Virus record (IMG/VR): IMGVR_UViG_3300027708_000024
DNA length: 64,000 nucleotides
Origin: a virus
Reading direction: 5' to 3' (one strand)
Positions 58,518-64,000 of the stretch are shown piece by piece. The stretch's first letter is position 1. Each line of letters starts with the position of its first letter. Below the pieces are notes generated by a model, which made no database searches, was not told the DNA's origin, and worked only from the letters and a program-made list of their open reading frames with translations. The translations under genes were made by a program, and so were the position numbers.

Positions 58518-59840
58518 ATGGTTAAAAAGTTCAATTTATCTGAAGCTGCTAAAGAAATTCTGTCTGCATCAGTTTCGTCAAAGCAATCAGGTCAAGATAA
58601 ACCTGCAAGACTATCAACATCAGTTGCTTATGGTCAACATGATGTGGGTCACATTGGTGATTCACCAGAAGAAGAACATGATGAATTGCCAGATTACACA
58701 AAAGGCACACCAACTGCAACTCCACCTGGTGCAACACCTCCAGTTGGATCAGAGCCAATGAAGAAATTATCAAGTCAACCTGGCGAACACGAAGGTGCAG
58801 AGCATGATGCAGTTCAAGAACCAGCAACTGACTATTCTTCAATCCGTGATCGTATCAAAGCAAAACTTGCTATGCAAACAATGAAACCAAATCCTGGTGC
58901 TCATTTTGATTCATATGGCGAAGATACAGAATATGACGAAGAAATGGTTGCAGAAGAAGAAAACGAAAAACATGAAGATGAAAAGCAAGATAAAGCCATG
59001 ATGAAAAAGATGGTTAAAAAATCTGCTATGAAAGAAGAAGAAGAACACGAAGATGAAAAGCAAGATAAAGCCATGATGAAAAAGATGGTTAAAAAATCTG
59101 CTCTGAAAGAAAAGATGAAAGAAGATATGGATGCACTTCTTTCTGGTGAAAATCTTTCTGAAGAATTTGTTACAAAAGCAACTACAATTTTTGAAACAGC
59201 AGTTCTTTCCCGTGTTGCAGAAATTCAAGAGCAACTCGAAGAAGAAATTATTTCTGAATTTGAAGTAGTTGTAGATGAACTAAAAGAAGATTTTGGTACT
59301 AAGATCGATGATTACCTGAACTATGTTGTTGAAAACTGGATGAAACAAAACGAATTGGCAATTGAAAGTGGTCTACGTGCCGAGATCGTTGAAGATTTCA
59401 TTACTGGTTTGCGTGACTTGTTCGTAGAGAACTATATTGATGTACCAGAAGATAAAGTTGACGTTGTTGAAGAAATGGCATCTCAAGTTGAAGAACTTGA
59501 AGCAAAACTCAACGAAGAAATTGCTCGTTCAATTGAAATGAAAAAAGAATTGAATGAACATAAGAAGTTCGAGGCTGTTCACGCAGTGTGTGAAGGTCTC
59601 ACACAGACACAAGTAGAAAAAATGAAGGCACTCGCAGAGAATGTCGAATACACTACTGAAGAAGAATTTGCCGATAAACTAGTGACTCTTAGAGAATCAT
59701 ATTTCCCTAATGGTATAGTTCAAGCAAATAAGTCTGCTTTGGAAGAAGGCGTAGAAATCGAAGATGAAAAAGCAACTAAAATTGCTGATCCATTGATGGA
59801 AGTATATGCTAAAACTATCTCTAAAACATTAATCAAATAA
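58518..59840 (+). CDS. gp22: Prohead core scaffold protein gp22
   Basis: LSEEF..KATTIFE, DDYLNYVVENWM..NELAIESGLR, LRESYF. Confidence 0.93.
   Translation: MVKKFNLSEAAKEILSASVSSKQSGQDKPARLSTSVAYGQHDVGHIGDSPEEEHDELPDYTKGTPTATPPGATPPVGSEPMKKLSSQPGEHEGAEHDAVQEPATDYSSIRDRIKAKLAMQTMKPNPGAHFDSYGEDTEYDEEMVAEEENEKHEDEKQDKAMMKKMVKKSAMKEEEEHEDEKQDKAMMKKMVKKSALKEKMKEDMDALLSGENLSEEFVTKATTIFETAVLSRVAEIQEQLEEEIISEFEVVVDELKEDFGTKIDDYLNYVVENWMKQNELAIESGLRAEIVEDFITGLRDLFVENYIDVPEDKVDVVEEMASQVEELEAKLNEEIARSIEMKKELNEHKKFEAVHAVCEGLTQTQVEKMKALAENVEYTTEEEFADKLVTLRESYFPNGIVQANKSALEEGVEIEDEKATKIADPLMEVYAKTISKTLIK
58974..59102 (+). repeat. Perfect 54-nt direct repeat in gp22 (58974-59027 / 59049-59102)
   Basis: Encodes EDEKQDKAMMKKMVKKSA twice. 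Confidence 0.9.
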
Positions 59841-59857
59841 AAATAGGAGAATACTAA

Positions 59858-61207
59858 ATGTATTTGACAGAAGAACTACAAAAAAAATGGAACCCAGTTC
59901 TAGAGCATCCAGAACTCGCAGCCATTAAAGATCCATACAAAAAAGCAGTTACCGCAATGATTCTTGAGAATCAGCAGCAGGCAATGCAATCCGAAGCACA
60001 ATCTCTGAATGAGACTGCATACGGTACAGGTGGTCCTACTAACGTTGCAGGTGGTGTTCAGAACTTTGACCCAATCTTGATTTCGTTAGTACGCCGTGCA
60101 TTACCTAACCTGATCGCTTATGATGTTGCTGGTGTTCAACCAATGACTGGTCCTACAGGTCTTATTTTCGCAATGAGAGCTCGTTACACTGGACAAAGTT
60201 CTGGTAACCCAGAAGCATTCTTCAACGAAGCAAACACAATCTTCTCTGGTCAACGTTCCAGCGATCATAGTGGTAACCCATTGCAAGGTTTTGCTAACAG
60301 CACAACTGGTGATACAATCACTAACCCAGTTAATTCATTGACTGCTAACGCATTCACAACTGGTGTTGGACTAAACACTTCTGATGCTGAGAACCTAGGT
60401 TCCGATACAACTACTCCATTCCAACAAATGGCGTTCTCTATCGAGAAAGTAACTGTTACTGCTCAAAGCCGTGCGTTAAAAGCAGAATACTCACTAGAAC
60501 TTGCACAAGACTTGAAAGCAATTCATGGTCTTGACGCTGAGACAGAATTGTCGAACATTCTTTCTACAGAAATTCTTGCTGAGATCAACCGTGAAGTTAT
60601 TCGTACCATCTATTCAACTGCTGTTGCAGGTGCTCAGTACGGTACAACTAACGCTGGTACTTTTGACTTAGATACAGATTCGAATGGCCGTTGGTCAGTT
60701 GAACGTTTCAAAGGTCTGATTTTCCAAATCGAACGTGATGCTAACGTTATTGCCAAGCAAACTCGTCGTGGAAAAGGTAACGTTCTGATCGTTTCTTCAG
60801 ACGTTGCTTCTGCAATGGCTATGGCTGGTGTTCTGCAATATACACCTGCTCTGTCTGCTGATCTGCAAGTTGACGACACTGGTAATACATTTGCTGGTTT
60901 GTTGCATGGTCGTATCAAAGTTTACATCGATCCATACTTTGGTGGTTACACAAGCAATCAAGAACTCGTTACTATCGGATATAAGGGTACTTCACCTTAC
61001 GACGCTGGTCTGTTCTATTGCCCATACGTTCCTCTCCAAATGGTTCGTGCTGTTGACCAGTTTACATTCCAACCAAAAATTGGATTCAAGACTCGTTACG
61101 GCATGGTTGCAAACCCATTTGCACAAGGTCTGACACAAGGTAATGGTGCGTTGAACCCACGTACAAACGTTTATTACAGAATTTTCCAAGTGAAAAATTT
61201 GATGTAA
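59858..61207 (+). CDS. gp23: Major capsid protein gp23
   Basis: GVQPMTGPTGLIFAMR, SRALKAEYSLELAQDLKAIHGLDAE, YCPYVPL, FQPKIGFKTRYG. Confidence 0.98.
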   Translation: MYLTEELQKKWNPVLEHPELAAIKDPYKKAVTAMILENQQQAMQSEAQSLNETAYGTGGPTNVAGGVQNFDPILISLVRRALPNLIAYDVAGVQPMTGPTGLIFAMRARYTGQSSGNPEAFFNEANTIFSGQRSSDHSGNPLQGFANSTTGDTITNPVNSLTANAFTTGVGLNTSDAENLGSDTTTPFQQMAFSIEKVTVTAQSRALKAEYSLELAQDLKAIHGLDAETELSNILSTEILAEINREVIRTIYSTAVAGAQYGTTNAGTFDLDTDSNGRWSVERFKGLIFQIERDANVIAKQTRRGKGNVLIVSSDVASAMAMAGVLQYTPALSADLQVDDTGNTFAGLLHGRIKVYIDPYFGGYTSNQELVTIGYKGTSPYDAGLFYCPYVPLQMVRAVDQFTFQPKIGFKTRYGMVANPFAQGLTQGNGALNPRTNVYYRIFQVKNLM

Positions 61208-61247
61208 TATCCCTCACGGGACAAGAAGCACCAATAAGAGTGCGTTT

Positions 61248-61279
61248 AAAGAGAGAGTAGAAATACTCTCTCTTTTTTT
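61248..61279 (+). terminator. Intrinsic terminator after gp23 (GAAA loop)
   Basis: AAAGAGAGAGTA-GAAA-TACTCTCTCTTT-TTTT. Confidence 0.9.
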
Positions 61280-61283
61280 GGTT

Positions 61284-61291
61284 CATAAATA
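61284..61291 (+). promoter_or_regulatory. Late promoter CATAAATA for gp3
   Basis: Directly after the terminator, upstream of gp3. Confidence 0.7.
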
Positions 61292-61321
61292 GTAGTAGTA
61301 TACACTTTTAGAGAAATCAAA

Positions 61322-61816
61322 ATGACAGCAATAGCAAGAACACCAGTTAATACCAACTTGTTGCAATCAACAAAGTTTCAGTTAATATTTCCAAATATAA
61401 AGAATATGACATTCTTTTGTCAAGATGTTAGTATACCTGGTGTGAGTATTAATGAATTACCGCAGACAACACCATTCGTAAATCTTGCTAGGCCTGGACA
61501 AAAAATAACGTATGATGAGTTTACCGTGCGTTTTATGGTAAGTGAAGATTTAAGTTCGTGGTTGGATATTCATAATTGGATTCGTGGTATGGCAGATCCA
61601 GTAACTTTTCCGCAACTATCAACAACTGAAAAATATACAGATGGTACATTGTTGATATATTCGAATTTAAACAATCCAAAATTCAAAGTGGAATTCAAGA
61701 ATATGTTTCCACATACGTTATCTGAATTAGAGTTTAGTACAAAGAATTCGGCAGATGATATTATGACTGCCAGTGTAACTTTTAGGTATGATTACTATGA
61801 TTTTGTTGCCACTTGA
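61322..61816 (+). CDS. gp3: Tail completion / tube terminator gp3
   Basis: NLLQSTKF, FFCQDVSIPG, VSEDLSSWLDIHNWI, FPHTLSELEF, VTFRYDYY. Confidence 0.88.
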   Translation: MTAIARTPVNTNLLQSTKFQLIFPNIKNMTFFCQDVSIPGVSINELPQTTPFVNLARPGQKITYDEFTVRFMVSEDLSSWLDIHNWIRGMADPVTFPQLSTTEKYTDGTLLIYSNLNNPKFKVEFKNMFPHTLSELEFSTKNSADDIMTASVTFRYDYYDFVAT

Positions 61817-61841
61817 CAAATCCAATTCGTTATGATATACT
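61813..61841 (+). promoter_or_regulatory. Sigma70-type promoter for uvsY/uvsW
   Basis: TTGACA (61813-18), 17-nt spacer ending TGA, TATACT (61836-41): extended -10. Confidence 0.85.
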
Positions 61842-61871
61842 AAGAATATAACATTATTGTGAGTTTATATT

Positions 61872-62306
61872 ATGGAAAACTTAGAACAAATATTAAAGTA
61901 TTGGGAAAAAGATTCTCAAATCGATCAAACCGAACCAAGTAAAGAATTGATTCGTATACCAATACTTCACAGTCAATATCTCAATATACTAACTAAACAT
62001 CGAATTGCTGTCAAGAAGGCAACATTTGATTACCAGCGTATGCGTAAAACCAAGTGGGAATACTATACAGGTAAGATGTCTCAAGAAGAATTGCAAGAAC
62101 ACGGTTGGTTACCTTTTGCATTTACATTGAAATCTGATGTGTCTACATATCTAGAAGCAGATAATGATTTAATTAAATTTCTCGAAAAGAAAGCATATCA
62201 TGAAGAAGTGGTTGCGGTAGTTGAATCTATTATGAATGAGTTAAAACAAAGAACTTGGCAATTGCGTGATTATATCTCTTGGGAGAAATTTGTTGCAGGA
62301 CAATGA
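61872..62306 (+). CDS. uvsY: Recombination mediator UvsY
   Basis: WEKDSQID, IPILHSQYL, KWEYYTGK, YLEADND, ISWEKFVAG. Confidence 0.92.
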   Translation: MENLEQILKYWEKDSQIDQTEPSKELIRIPILHSQYLNILTKHRIAVKKATFDYQRMRKTKWEYYTGKMSQEELQEHGWLPFAFTLKSDVSTYLEADNDLIKFLEKKAYHEEVVAVVESIMNELKQRTWQLRDYISWEKFVAGQ

Positions 62307-63786
62307 TATATTAATTACCAAAGTAAATGAAGCATATGTAAAAGTTCATTGTGAACGACATCTTGCACAAGAACTTTCAGAATACTTTACTTTTACAGTT
62401 CCTGGTCATCAATTTACTCCAGCATTTCGCAATCGTATATGGGATGGAAAGATTCGTCTTTTAGATTTACGAAATAACCAAATTACACATGGTCTCATTT
62501 CATACATTGAACAATTCTGTATAGAACGTGATTATAAATTTGAATATGGTGAACCAAGAGCAGATTTAACTGAAGAATTCAGTGTGTATCTTGCAAAGAA
62601 GTTTATTGAAGAATTAAATTTAAAATTAGAAGTTCGTGACTATCAAGTTGACGCATTTGTACATGCCATAAGAAACAAAAAAGCAGTATTACTTTCACCA
62701 ACTGCATCTGGTAAATCACTCATCATATATCTACTAGTAAGACAATTTATTGATTATCGTTGCAAGAAAGGTCTTATCATTGTACCGACAACATCACTTG
62801 TCGAGCAATTGTATACTGACTTTGCAGATTATGGTTGGAACGTTGCAGAACATACTCATCGAATATATCAAGGTAAAGATAAAGTAACAGATTTACCTTT
62901 GACTATATCAACATGGCAATCGTTATATAAGTTACCCAAAGAATACTTTGAGCAATTTGATTTTATTATTGGTGACGAAGCACATCTATTTAAAGCACAA
63001 TCATTAACTACCATTATGTCAAGTTGTATTAATGCTGGTTATAGAATAGGATTAACAGGAACATTAGATGGCACAAAGACTCATAAACTTGTTTTAGAAG
63101 GTTTATTTGGTCCGGTAGAGCAAGTAACTACAACCAGAAAATTAATCGATTCAGGTAAGGTTGCAGACTTTGAGATCAAATGTTTGGTACTAAAGCATGA
63201 TGATGCAATATGTAAAGAGATGAAAGGCAAAGAATATAAGGATGAAATAGAGTATTTGGTTCTCAATGAGTCTAGGAATAAGTTCATCAAGAACTTAGCA
63301 TTATCACTTGGTACAAATACCTTAATTCTTTATCAATATGTTGACAAGCATGGTAAGATCCTGTATGATCTAATTACCGGTGCCAAAAACATCAAAGATA
63401 GAAAAGTCTTTTTTATCCATGGTGGTGTAGATGCCGAGATGCGTGAAGAAGTTCGTAGAATAACTGAAGGTGAACAAGATGCTATTATTGTTGCTAGTTA
63501 TGGAACTTTTTCTACTGGAGTCAATATTAAAAATTTGCACAATATTATATTTGCAAGTCCTTCAAAATCAAGAGTGAGAAATCTACAATCGATTGGTCGT
63601 GGTTTAAGACAATCTGAAGGAAAAGAAAAAGCAACATTATATGATATAGCAGATGATATGAGAGTAGGAAAATATATGAATTTTACATTAAGACACTTTG
63701 TCGAAAGAGTAAAGATATATAATGATGAGAAGTTCGATTATAAACTTTACAAGATAGGACTCAAAAATGTATCAACAGGAAATTAA
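62293..63786 (+). CDS. uvsW: DNA helicase UvsW (SF2); probable TTG start near 62290-62293
   Basis: WDGKIRL, RDYQ, SPTASGKS, DEAH, TGT, LQSIGRGLR; SD GGAG at 62282. Confidence 0.95.
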   Translation: MQDNDILITKVNEAYVKVHCERHLAQELSEYFTFTVPGHQFTPAFRNRIWDGKIRLLDLRNNQITHGLISYIEQFCIERDYKFEYGEPRADLTEEFSVYLAKKFIEELNLKLEVRDYQVDAFVHAIRNKKAVLLSPTASGKSLIIYLLVRQFIDYRCKKGLIIVPTTSLVEQLYTDFADYGWNVAEHTHRIYQGKDKVTDLPLTISTWQSLYKLPKEYFEQFDFIIGDEAHLFKAQSLTTIMSSCINAGYRIGLTGTLDGTKTHKLVLEGLFGPVEQVTTTRKLIDSGKVADFEIKCLVLKHDDAICKEMKGKEYKDEIEYLVLNESRNKFIKNLALSLGTNTLILYQYVDKHGKILYDLITGAKNIKDRKVFFIHGGVDAEMREEVRRITEGEQDAIIVASYGTFSTGVNIKNLHNIIFASPSKSRVRNLQSIGRGLRQSEGKEKATLYDIADDMRVGKYMNFTLRHFVERVKIYNDEKFDYKLYKIGLKNVSTGN

Positions 63787-64000
63787 AATAGTCCGTTTTA
63801 AATCAGGTGAAGATGTGGTTGCGGAATTAACAGAAGGTGAATACGGTAAAATTGTTATGAAGAATCCAATGGAAGTCAAAATTATTCCTGATAGAAAATT
63901 AGGTAAAAATATTGTTTATATGCAACAGTGGTTACCAGTTACTATATTAGCACAAAATCAAACTGAGGTCTTTGAGACTGATATCCTGAGTGTGATGCAT
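63767..64000 (+). CDS. Partial ORF, Sm-like small protein commonly following uvsW
   Basis: MYQQEIKIVRFKSGEDVVAEL..KNPM..QQWLP, runs off the window end. Confidence 0.6.
   Translation, partial: MYQQEIKIVRFKSGEDVVAELTEGEYGKIVMKNPMEVKIIPDRKLGKNIVYMQQWLPVTILAQNQTEVFETDILSVMH

Noticed and set aside
50454-63786. Introns, inteins or homing endonucleases in gp17, gp20, gp23 or uvsW
   Set aside because: All are uninterrupted, of ordinary length, with no Hint, LAGLIDADG, HNH or GIY-YIG motifs seen
1-64000. tRNA or rRNA genes
   Set aside because: Intergenic gaps are short and none shows cloverleaf or rRNA signatures

Overview
The window is a continuous, AT-rich segment of a large T4-superfamily myovirus genome, covering most of the virion morphogenesis module. 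Its gene order resembles environmental T4-like phages (cyanomyovirus/freshwater type) more than T4 itself. Minus strand, 37-6197: gp4, gp2, gp54, gp26, gp51 and two paralogous tape-measure-like genes, one carrying a lysozyme-like domain. Plus strand: gp48, gp53, gp27-like hub, a gp5 split into three ORFs, gp25, gp6, gp7, gp8, a split DUF4815/VrlC-like protein, about 19 kb of tail-fibre/adhesin genes (two with Peptidase_S74 chaperones), gp13-gp23 with inserted genes, gp3, uvsY, uvsW and a partial ORF. T4 late promoters (TATAAATA/CATAAATA), intrinsic terminators and one sigma70 promoter are visible. I saw no rRNA, tRNA, CRISPR, integrase or transposase. Strongest unexplained signals: (1) a T_TTT_TTC slippery site that would fuse gp26 to gp51 by -1 frameshifting directly upstream of the tape-measure-like genes, a lambda G/GT-type chaperone arrangement; (2) a CFI-box-CTERM-like domain that interrupts and splits the DUF4815 protein; (3) shared terminal motifs among virion proteins (PIGFTI, DGGxF, duplicated gp15 tail domain); (4) a strong Ala/Ser-Asn bias in surface proteins; (5) a His-rich HAD enzyme with a capsid-targeting-like N-terminus between the terminase genes. 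All family assignments are from motif recognition and synteny; no searches were run.
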